A stretch of 63,759 nt of DNA, counting the filler, from Choristocarpus tenellus KU-1152 (lineage: Eukaryota > Protista > Phaeophyceae), in NCBI GenBank assembly GCA_964200185.2. It is 10 parts of 10 records of this genome, joined end to end, with 100 filler letters (N's around TTAATTAATTAA, not from the genome) between each part and the next. Parts side by side here need not be neighbours in the genome. Positions count along the whole stretch, not along the records: positions 33,880 to 50,919 come from CAXNAD020000729.1; positions 51,020 to 53,915 come from CAXNAD020023830.1; 8 more parts are not named here. One strand, 5' to 3'. Position 1 is the first letter of the stretch. Each line of letters begins with the position of its first letter. Below, in pieces: positions 41,535 to 52,112 of the stretch. The notes under the pieces were generated by a model. The model was not told the DNA's origin and made no database searches. It worked only from the letters and a program-made list of their open reading frames with translations. The position numbers and the translations under genes were made by a program.

Positions 41535-42382
41535 GAAAGAAGGGTAGTCATGCCCTAGAAGGTCATTCAGAGGGAGAAGTGACAAAAGGGAAGGGAACGA
41601 GTGGGACTTGTAAGACCCCTCAACACCCTGATGTTGATCCCTCCAGGAGGGAGTGTTGATGTCATCAGAGGGAACAGACTCTGAGGTATACTTCATAGAG
41701 AAGGGAGTTTCGGAGGTACAATTTGGCATGAAGGTGGTGTTAGTTGGTAGTGCTGCTGATACGTTACAGACACCACTGGAGGAGTGGATTAGGAGAATGT
41801 ATAGCTAGTTACTTGTTTCCATACATTTCCAGCTTAGCTCTACCCCCGGTTCATGTATTGCAGGAACCTGATCGTAGATTATCCGTTCGTGTACCATACT
41901 GGTACTTGTGATCCAGTAGTGATAGTATTGTTTTCTGATTATCCATGTGGACGTTGCAAATCCCACACGGTTGTCTACACCTATCGTACCCCATGAGTTC
42001 CGCCAATGGAATTGAGACCAAAAGCCCCTTGAACACAAATATTTTATATATATATTATTTATTTTCACACCAACCTATCCTCTACTAGGCCATGCGATTG
42101 ATCAATCGCAAATCCAGTATGGAATACTTCAACAGGTGGCTGTTACAAATCCCTCTAATCAATATAAAGAGGGAGGAGAAGGGGTAGTCATGTCTAAGAA
42201 GGTTACTCAGGAGAGAGGAGAGAAGTGACAGGGTAAGGGAACGAGTGGGACTTGTAAACTCCACTCAACATCCTGATGTTGACGCCATCAGGAGGGAGTG
42301 CTGATGTCATCAGAGGGAACAGGCTCTGAGGAATCCCTTGTAGAGGGAGGATGCTTCGGAGGTATACCTTGGCATGAAGGTG
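41535..42382. repeat. ~200-bp direct repeat pair (41535-41737, 42175-42382); the intervening 41933-42030 is homologous to 62510-62607
   Basis: Shared gggaacgagtgggacttgtaa, tgatgtcatcagagggaacag and ttggcatgaaggtg; ttatccatgtggacgttgcaaa occurs at ~41939 and ~62516. Confidence 0.8.
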
Positions 42383-42500
42383 ACTATCACAAACCTTTCT
42401 AATACGAATATTTTCGTATCTCACAACGTATTACGTGTGATGTAGTGAACGGAAAAGCGCAAGCCGTGACATTTATTTGACTATGTCATTCGATTACAAA

Positions 42501-42757
42501 GAGTCGAAGTACCTTAGAGGGCAAACCCGAGTCCATTTGGGGGTCAAAATCCAATGTTGCGATTTTGACGTAACTTGGCTATTGCGTTCGTTAGGAGGTG
42601 TCAATATCCTTGTTCCGTACACGCCTTTTCATACCTACCCCGAAATGTACACATTTGATCTACTCCGAAACATTTCGGAGTAGGAAAATGTAAGGGAAGC
42701 CAAGCCCCAAACGGACAAAACAGGGCAAAATTCATACCCTCTAAGATATTTTGACTC
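42501..42757. mobile_element. MITE family A, complete
   Basis: gagtcgaagtaccttagaggg ... ccctctaagatattttgactc; TSD AAA/AAA. Confidence 0.9.
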
Positions 42758-43372
42758 AAAAAGTATTATCAGCAAGAGCTGACCCTGAGAGCGTGAAGTA
42801 GACCAAGCAAGCTTGTGGTAGATTGTGACAGGAGCAGTCTACTTAATAAAAATAATAAAAAAGCATGTAGACACAATATTGCAATCAGTAAAAAGTGCAC
42901 ACTATCAGACACAAAATGTACCTACTATCTTTTGACGATGGGTTTGATTGTTTGATTGAAATGACCTAGCAGAAAGGATACCTCTTCTGCTTGTTATCAA
43001 ATATATTCGATTTCCCCATTATTTCATAATCTAAGTTATCTGCACAAGATGTACAATAAATACTTACATTCCCGTTCACTTTACTTGTACGTTTCTCACC
43101 TCATTAGGGAGGCTCCTCACTTACTCTCCACTAGCACCCCCGTGTGTCCTGATGCTGCCATCAGATTGGTCATCTCAGGAAAGGAGCTATTCCTGTCAAA
43201 CCCTTGTGTAGAAGCCAAGGGAGAGGGTTGTGGTAGCGTATACGGTAGTTGGTCCTTAGACCGACCCACCACCTCGACCTCCATATCCTGGTCCGTAGGG
43301 CGAAGAGCCCACCTGGTGAGCTCAACACTACGACTATACGACTCTTACAGGGCCACACGAGGGCGAAGGGAT

Positions 43373-43631
43373 GAGCCAAAGTATCTTAGAGGGTAGAGCC
43401 ACGGCCATTTGGGGCCCAAAATCCAATGTTGCAGTTTTTATGTAATTTTGGCTATCATGTTTGTTAGGAGATGTCAATGTCCTTGTTCCGGACACACCTT
43501 TTCACAACGTATACATTTTACCTACTTCGAAAAATTTTGGAGTAGGTGAAATGTCATTAGAAACCCGTGGGAAGCCAAGTCCCAAACGGCCAAACAGGGA
43601 AAAACTCGTACCCTCTAAGATACTTTCACTC
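43373..43631. mobile_element. MITE family A, complete
   Basis: gagccaaagtatcttagagggta ... taccctctaagatactttcactc; flanks GGAT/GGAT; empty site seen in repeat D copy 1 near 37195-37212. Confidence 0.9.
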
Positions 43632-44070
43632 GGATCAGTGACCAGGGTGAAACGACTGCCCCACAGATGTAGGGACGAACGTGTTCAGCGACCCTCGAGA
43701 TAGCCATGTATCCCCCCCTAATAGAAGTCCTTCAGCCGTCTCTCCCAGACTAACCACTAAGGCGCGTTCCTGCTGATGTTCCTGCTAATCCAAGGCCTTG
43801 TCATATACTCCGGAGTATGTATGGTGTGTGAGATCAACTACTCCTTGTGAACTACCCCGTCAAACATGCCCCAACTTGCACATGCGTGTATCAAGCTCCA
43901 GAAACGATCTAAAGCAAACCATTATATCTCCTTCGATCACCTATCCATCCATCCTGGATATGTTGATTGTATAGAACCTCAGCATCTGAGTAGCGATCGA
44001 TTGAATTTCTCGTTGCTTCTGTGCCTGAAACTGGTGAGAGGTCGATAGGTGGCAAGGCACAGAATGGAGG

Positions 44071-44826
44071 TGTTAAAAATATAGCCTACTCATCTGTTTG
44101 TTCGTTGGTAGGATACAGTTCCACCTGTCAATCCTTAATGTTGATAGGTCTGTTACGCTCTGGACGTTACTGTCACAAGTTAATCATCACCACATCAATT
44201 ACAATCAGAACTCCGTAGTACAGAACGGTCGCTCTGCGTTACGCACGCAAGAATAGTTTGCATTACGTAAGTTGCATCACACATTCGTTCAAGTTAGTTC
44301 TGTTGCTCCCTTATTTGTTTTTTCTTCACTCTTTCTTCTTTTTATCAGCCGAAGATCACAGTTGTACGTTGATTGTTGATTATTATTTCTTTCATGGTTG
44401 CCATTGATCTCTCACAATGCACCAAGCTCACTCTGCAATGAGTGTACCAAACGCACACATGGATGTAATATAATCAGAGTTAAAACCATCCGCGGAAACC
44501 CTTTTGTCAGCCAAGGTAACAAGCCTCTCCATGCAGCATGGACTTATTTCGTTGAGTATCTCATGAAAGAACACTGGATTCACATCACATCATTCTGTAT
44601 TGAGCAACCAAAAATACTGAATTCACATCGCATCATTCTTGACTGAGATATCAATGACCTCAGTTAAAACAGAATAAATACATCGGTGCTTTGCAGCACA
44701 ATCACATTTTATCCGTAACATAGACTATGCATATCACTTATCAGTGCTTCCAACGCCATGATTCCCCATCGCTTGTAGTCTACGCATTTTGCTTACATGT
44801 ACGATGCATTCGATTCAGGTTCAACA
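44071..44826. mobile_element. Probable solo LTR (756 bp)
   Basis: TGTTAAA...TTCAACA termini; 5-bp flanks GGAGG/GTAGG; absent from the paralogous repeat-D copy. Confidence 0.7.
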
Positions 44827-45884
44827 GTAGGTGCACGAGGGGGAAGCATGGCCCTCAAACTAAGACTCTTCAATGCCTATCAGGTATATCAGTATGACTG
44901 TGTGTTTGTGCCCCCCGTCACCCTCCGGCCACCTGCTATCCCACAATCAAATGCTTTACTAACTTTACAGGAAGGGTCGTTCTCATAGTCAGCATCTCAA
45001 TTGACCCCAACCCTCCTCCCTTCTGCACCGCACTTTCTCTGCTCCTTTTCCCGAACTTCAGCGGTGGAGTACTCTGACCTCTGAACTCCATTGGACTACT
45101 CCAACTGGAGACACTCTAATCTTGCTATGTTCCTTATTCGTATAATCCTTGGAGAAGCACTAGCGCTTCCCTCCATATCCCTCTATCTCTACGCATTATC
45201 TATCACAAGTTGTGCCTGCCACTCCTTCTGCACACCTACGACTATCACAAGCAACATAGCTGCCTGTACATATTCCCTTCTCCTGACACTTTCCTCTTCT
45301 CCTTCGTCTGCCATTGAAGACAGTTGCTCCTTGCATCCATGAAAGAGTTCTTGTCCCCGAGATATGCCTCGTATCTTTCCTCTGTCTCACGTGGCAAGCT
45401 AACAGGTGCTAAGGCACTGATGAATTTGATAGAGATACTGCACGTGTAGAGGAAGCTTGGTGGTGATAAATGTATTTTCACGGAACACCTTACGAGATTA
45501 GATAATTTTTTCAGTTTCCAGTGTGAAGATTTTCAATAACATGCTTTTTATTCGTGTGTAAATGCACATGCTGTAAGAAACAATAAAAGGATGGAAGAGA
45601 TAGTGTTTGTGATCCCAAGAATACAAGATTGAGCATCAGTAGTACGCTGTCCTTGGAACACCTCCACTTTACGGGAAAGAGGAGAAGGCCATTGCTCTAA
45701 TTTATGGGGAACAAATAGTCATCGCACGGGTACCTGGTCTAGAGGATCGACTACGATTGTGGGCTGAGGCACCATTATGGCTAACGCTCTTATTTACCTG
45801 TCCACGACGTCTGTTGATCCACACTGGAAGTCCCCATACCTAGATTTAGGAGAAGGGGGTTTGATACCTGAGGAAGTTGAACCA

Positions 45885-46086
45885 GAGTGGAGAGTCTTAG
45901 AGGGCACGTGTTTTGCCCTGTTTGTCCGCTTGGGGCTTGACTTCCCACGCTTTGTTTTATGACACCTTCCTACTCCGAAATATCTCAGAGCAGGTAAAAT
46001 ATATAATGTATGTCCGGAATAAGGATATTGAGACTTCCCAACAAACACGATAGCCAAAATAACATCGAAATCACAACATTGAATTG
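45885..46086. mobile_element. MITE family A, one end lost, nested in Copia
   Basis: gagtggagagtcttagagggcacg terminus plus family A interior. Confidence 0.8.
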
Positions 46087-46267
46087 GAGACAGTGAGATC
46101 AGATGGTGTATTGGATACAGGCTTGGGTGATATGGATCGGTGGTCGCAGCAGGGGAGTGAGAGGAATACATTGATGTTGAGACTTGCGGATCACAATAGT
46201 GATCCTTCACCTGAGCCGGGTGCACCACTCGACCGATAACTAAGGACTACGAGCGAGGCAATGGAAT

Positions 46268-46455
46268 GGCTGAAAGTATCTGGGGGGGGAAGGTGGTGGC
46301 TGTCCATTCGGGGCACATCTTTCCATGTCGCGATTTTTGGGTGATTTGATTGCATGCGACGGATGGATAATGTAAGGGCACCTTTCCTGGTCATGACCCG
46401 AACGGACACCCTGGTGTAGAACCCCCCCCCCCACCCCCCACAGATACTTTGAGCC
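46268..46455. mobile_element. MITE family B, complete, nested in Copia
   Basis: ggctgaaagtatctgggg ... cagatactttgagcc; TSD AAT/AAT. Confidence 0.9.
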
Positions 46456-48534
46456 AATTGGAGGAGTGGCCCTTGTGGAAAGGGGCGGTGGTTGAGGAAA
46501 TGGGCATACACAGCAGACGGGCAAAGATCCAATATGCTTTCCCATTAAGTAGGCGGAAGGTTTTCGACCGAGCCAAATGGATGGGAAAGAGAGAGGGCAG
46601 AAGTCCAAGGCGCGGCTAGGACAACAGGATGACAAAGTCTGACGGACCAGTGGGATTACTGGAGAAGTTTAGTCCCTGTGTATGGGATAGTCCAGGCGTT
46701 TCGGAACTGGAACTTTCTGCTGGTGGAAGCTTTACACTGGAGCTGGGATTGGAACAGTCAGAGGCAGATCCATGTTTTTTCAGATTGATCGTGGATGGTA
46801 AGCCCGTGATGATCACGATCGTCCATGTCGATGACATGCTGATGGCAGAGGGATCAGAGGCAGGCTGTGCTGTTGGTATCATCGAGGGGCTTTAACAATA
46901 AGTTCCCCGATGGCGAATTTGTGTGAGGTGACCAATTCACGGGCCGCAGGATCAGGAGAAACAGGAAAACTGGGACAATTATGGAGAGCCAGAGCTTGAA
47001 GATAGGAGACCTGTCAGAGAGACAGGGGATTGGCGCAACTGACGAGCTACCGTAAATCACAAAGAGGGTGGACCAGGGGGGGCCTGTTCCAAACGGCTGC
47101 AGATCGGTGGTTGATGGTATAAAATGGGCAGCTACAACGATTAGACCTCACGTTTCTCTTACAGTTAGAAAGTAAGTCGGCATCTTGTGTGGAGAATCCA
47201 AGTTGGTCTGGTTGGTTTGGTGCTTAGAGAGTGATAGGGTATCTGTTGTTGGGTTGTAGAGAAAATGGCGTTACCTTTGTATATTTTGGATCGTATGGGA
47301 ATGGATCAAGGAATAAACTAATTGTCTATACAGATGCCGACTGTAAAAATTGCAAGGAGAGTAGAATTTATGTTTCTGGTGGTGCTTTGATGTTTGAGGG
47401 AGGATGTGTATGGCTGGTGGTCTAGGAAGCAGAAAACGGTTACGCTGTCTACTGCCGAGGCTGAGCATGTTGCTCGGTGTGAGTTGGGGAAAGAGGATAT
47501 GTTCCTAAAGCAGGTGTGCATGTTAATGCCATCACTTCGTAAGGATTACTCTGTATCAGTGGTCGAGGATAATGGTGGTGCAATTAAGATTGCTGAGATG
47601 ACAGTATCTGGAAGTAGAACAAAACACACAGACATACACGGTACCACTATGTATGCCAGCCGTAGAGGGGAGGAAAGACAGCAGTTGGATATTTGCCGAC
47701 GGAGTGTTCCAACATGCGCATTTTTTGAACGAAGGATCTAAGGATGTCTACGGAATCATTCCGTAGAAATTAAAGTGTTATCATATCTAGAATGAAGTGA
47801 GACTGATTTTTGGGTTGATTATGTGCTCAAGGATTATTGAGATGGAACCTTATCCCTAGAAGTTCAAAGCAGGGGAGTGTTATAATGTCTAGAATGAAGT
47901 GAGACTGATTTTTGGGTTGATTCTGTGCTCAAGAATTATTGAGATGGGACCTTATCCCTAGAAGTTCAAAGCAGGGGAGTGTGTCAAAAATATGCCTTTT
48001 ATTCACGTGTGAAAGTGTATTATCTAAGAAACAATCTAAGGATGGAAGAGGTCGTGTTTGTGTTATGAAGAATAGAAGATTGGTGTTGGTTAATACACAA
48101 CAATATGGAAGAGTTTAGGAATAGGAAATATTGCAGCAGGTAATCTGTGATTAGTTTGATTGTTGATTCACATAATAGGATCGATTTGGTGCCAAGTGCA
48201 ACCCCCCCTTTGTGCTTGAAAGTTCGCTCCTGCTTTTTCCTTCCTTAGTTCTTCTACAACCCATTAAGGGATTGATCGAGTCATTTCCATACACAAGTAT
48301 CGGGAGCATCAGCTTCTTTAACAGATACCTACGAGTACGTGGAGAGTGTAGCAGAGTATATATTCAACGCATATAGCAATGTGGACCCTACCCTTTCTAT
48401 CTGCTGTCACTGGATCTGCTCTACACCCTTCCTGTTTGATAGTTTCTTCACAATCGGGGCCATGATCGAAATAATAACGATCGATAGTCTTGCTTCATAC
48501 CTTTTTAAGAATTTCTGTTGCAGAACTAAAGACC

Positions 48535-48607
48535 TGGAGAATGTGGGTATCGATCCCACTACTTCTTCCATGCTAAGGAAGCGCTCTACCATTTGAGCTA
48601 ATCCCCC
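48535..48607 (-). tRNA. trnA-AGC: tRNA-Ala (anticodon AGC)
   Basis: GGGGGAT TA GCTC AAATGGTA GAGC G CTTCC TTAGCAT GGAAG AAGTA GTGGG ATCGATA CCCAC ATTCTCC A: complete 73-nt cloverleaf, G3:U70 alanine identity pair, eukaryotic Ala-type T loop. Confidence 0.97.
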
Positions 48608-49242
48608 ATCCACCTTGCCCTCTATGCACCGACACACACATAACCAATTGCGTCTCTTCGTCAACAAATGCTCTATCAAGAGTGTAACAGGGAATTTCCA
48701 GTTCGCGATTGCACAACACAGTGGGATTGATATTTTTGTGGCTCCACCTGCTCCAAAAAAAAGAACGCTGCTCAAACAGGTCTCTTTGTACAACCGGAGT
48801 TACTCACAACTTGGGAACCCTTTCCACCTTCGTGGGAACTGCAACCTGCCCTTGGTTCTCCTGTACAACGACCAAACCAGTTGAAAATGACACCCTCCTC
48901 TTCTCGGGCATGAGCTCCACCCATTCCAGCTCTAGGGCACGTGGACAGGAATAACAAACATGTCCAACTCCTCATCCCATCTATCAATGCCCAGAGTCTC
49001 CACGTCTCCTCCCAACTCTTGTCCTTCCCTTGTCGTATCCATCCTCTTACTCTTTTCTATGCTTCCTCTTTCTCTTCCTACTTTACCGTATCCCACTGGT
49101 TAGTGCTTTTCCCTTTTACCCAATAAAAGAGGATAAAAGACAAACCTTCAGTGAGTATTTTTGCTCTATGTGCCATCTTAAAAATAGTCTTGTGACTCCA
49201 GCCACTCCAAAGATATATACCCTGGGTTCAAACGGACCAACC

Positions 49243-50520
49243 TGTTCGCTTGCTACTAAAGAGTATGCTGCTTCACCAAGGAGAAGATAGTGATGCAGAA
49301 TGTGCTTTAATAAGTTACAGTGAAGAGTAGGTCCTAGCCATAAGGGGGGTGTTGTCCTGCCCTCCATATTCATCCTAGCAAACAACCTTAGAGATTATCA
49401 AACGATATATTTCCTGGACCATCACTCGAACGTCAGAATATGCTAATACTCCTTTCCATATCACTCATGAGTCATTATAGTTACACTATATTGCTTCAAA
49501 GACATTTGTTTCTCCATGCATACTAATAGCAACATTGAGTGTGTACCGTACTACAATGCACGTCCCTATGCGAACATACTCTCCTACTGTGCGTTCACAA
49601 TTGTTCCATCACAACGCAACACTGACCCTAGGTTTACCCTAGCTTCACACTTCAATTCCTTATGCTCATCGTCCTGAAAAATCAAATCATCAGAAATCCA
49701 TCACACCCCCTCGCATGATACATAAAACTATCGCGATTGAGGGTCTTGGTGAGAAAATCCGCATGTTGCTCCTCCTCAGGTCCCAAATGCACAACTTCTA
49801 TGACATTGTCCCTATCCAACTGGCTAAGGAAATGGCGGCGTACATGTTTATACTTTGTCCTAAGTCCAATTGATTGGGTTTCCCTTCAGCCTCGCTGCAC
49901 CCTCACTGTCCTCGTGCATCAAGGTGCAACTAGTGGTCCTCTCCAGGTTTACAAACTCCAACACCCGTGTCAAGAAGGGCACTCCCTTAGCTACGGCACT
50001 TAAGACCGCAAGGCTTAGCTTCAGTCGTAGACAGAGCCACCACCTTCTGCATCCTAGAAACCCACGATAATGCTACACTTCCAATGGTAAATAATCCCTC
50101 AGATACAGACCTCCGCCAGTCCAGATCAGTTGCATAGGGTCCGCATCAGCAAACGACTCCAGTCGTTTGTCCGACTTTCCGTTGTATGTGATGTCAGTTC
50201 CGATCGTGTGACTCACACCCCCCAAAATCTGTTTAACAGCTTCCCACTGCCTCTGCCCTGGGTTGCAGCGAAATCTGCCAACAGTCACTACCGTGCTGGC
50301 AATATCAGACCTGGTAATGTTCACTAACCAGATTAATGACCCCACTGTTTCCCTGCATAAAGTGGATGGGTCCAGCTTCACACACGAACCCTTCTCAGAC
50401 AAATTTGTGGTTGTAGATCCAGGCATATCGAGTTCTTTGATATATCTCGAAGCGTTCCACCAGCCCTACTACGTATACTTGTTAGTTCATATACTACCTC
50501 TGTGCCATGAGATTGTGCCG
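49243..50520 (-). mobile_element. 3' part of a Copia element (RT C-terminus, RNase H, PPT, 3' LTR 49576-49243), same family as 55892-59877
   Basis: CRETVGSLIWLVNITRSDIA..., FADAD, WVSRMQKVVALSTTEA with frameshifts; PPT agtaggagag; LTR TGTTCGCA...GCGAACA. Confidence 0.9.
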
Positions 50521-51889
50521 CGAATCGTCTGGGCTCGCCGAGTGAGAACGGCGCCGAATCGGACGATAGCCCCACAGAATGAAATCGGGTTGACAATCTG
50601 AGCTTCCAGAAAAGGTGGGGGTCGAGGATCATGAGGTTCAAACTCGAGGTGCTTCAAGCCATCAAAGTAGGGGTCTTTTGGGGTGATTCTGAGACCAGAA
50701 TTCGGCACGTCCAGGGTCAGAACGTCGGCATTGGTAATCCCCCCAATCGACTCCCCCGAGTAGGAAGGGTGACCAAGTGTCCCTGATTAGCGGGTCGCGT
50801 TTGCAGTGCGGCACGCCCTTGAGATGGTCCCTGGTGAGCATAAAATCCCGCGACACGTTGGGCCGGCCCTCACAGTGGGGTTTGGAGTGTCCGAGCACTA
50901 CATGCGAGGGCTCTGGGAGNNNNNNNNNNNNNNNNNNNNNNNNNNNNNNNNNNNNNNNNNNNNTTAATTAATTAANNNNNNNNNNNNNNNNNNNNNNNNN
51001 NNNNNNNNNNNNNNNNNNNCTTCCACTTTATTCCCCTACCAGCAACGTACTGTACTGCTGTGTGGTCATGACTCAGGAAGAAAGGCACTTTTCGCGAGAA
51101 ATATTTACGCGCGCGCCAAACTCGCATGAATATCTCCCCGATTCTGTACCAAGTCGCCCGAATACAAGAATTCCGGTACAAAAGCCTAATTGTTTAAAAA
51201 AAAGAAAACAGCGGTACAAAAATGGGGTTGGTATATAATATTTGGTATAAAATAGGTGTAGGTACTGTATGAGAATACTGACTCTCCATCACCAAAGGGC
51301 TCTTGAAGACATGCAGCCTCTGTTTTGGACTTCACTGATCTACTAAAAAGATGCGAAAATGTCTTAACAACCCTAACAACACGTCAAAATGGTTCGAAGA
51401 AACGAAAAAATAGTTCGAAAACGATACGAAATAGTTGTGGAATGACGTCGAAACAGTACAAAAATGAGGTGAGAAATATTCCACGTTGTGCTAAATATTT
51501 CAATTGGAAGTATTAATGTATTTGTAACATTCACCCCTACCCTTAAGACCAAACTCGTACATATGGAAATTGTGAAGTCCAGACATGAATACCTGTAAAT
51601 CAGAAAGTCGTTTTTTTTAAGATATCAGGAGCCCTGACCCTAGATCGACCTTCCATAATAAATGTTAATTGATAAGGATTATCGGTAACCTCAAGAAGTC
51701 TACCTCCTGAGTTCGCATCAGTGTCCTTTCATTCTTTCTTTTTCTTTCTCTTGCACTGTTTTGTTATGTCCATTCCTAACTTTTCACAAACACACAATGT
51801 TTGTTTTGCTCACGAATTCTGGACTATTATTTTATTCTATGTTTGCATTCCACCCATTCCCCTCCTCCCCATTGTTGTACCACCACTTG

Positions 51890-52112
51890 TGACCAACCAG
51901 TGTGAACGCCTTCGCCACTGATTTCCAGACACCTCCCCCCCCTGCAATGACCAACCAATACGAGCCCCTTTCGCAATTGATTTCCAGCCACCGCCCACCT
52001 CTGATGACCAACCAGTGCGAACCCCCTTCGACACTGATTTCCAGTCACCCCCCACATTTGATGACCAACCAGGGCAAATCCCCTTCAACACTGATTTCCA
52101 GCCACCACTCCA
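51890..52112. repeat. 57-bp tandem repeat, 4 copies
   Basis: gaccaacca...tgatttccag at 51891, 51949, 52006 and 52063. Confidence 0.9.

Larger units (their letters stand above)
43235..45256 (-). repeat. Repeat D, copy 2, inverted relative to copy 1 (interrupted by MITE A and a solo LTR)
   Basis: After removing 43373-43631 and 44071-44826, the remainder aligns by eye to 36345-37590. Confidence 0.85.
45531..48190 (+). mobile_element. Degenerate, internally deleted Ty1/Copia LTR retrotransposon with nested MITEs
   Basis: RT GLEQSEADPCFFRL...IVHVDDML (~46740-46850). RNase H VYTDAD...WWSRKQKTVTLSTAEAE...EDNGGAIKIA...RTKHTDI (47320-47640). PPT gcaggggag before the 3' LTR (~47982). The 5' LTR (~45531-45754) shares aaggatggaagag..gtgtttgtg with it and is followed by a weak GGTTATGGGCCCAG-like PBS. 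LTR ends approximate. Confidence 0.85.

Noticed and set aside
48407-48793. 128-aa ORF
   Set aside because: Runs through the tRNA-Ala gene; spurious.
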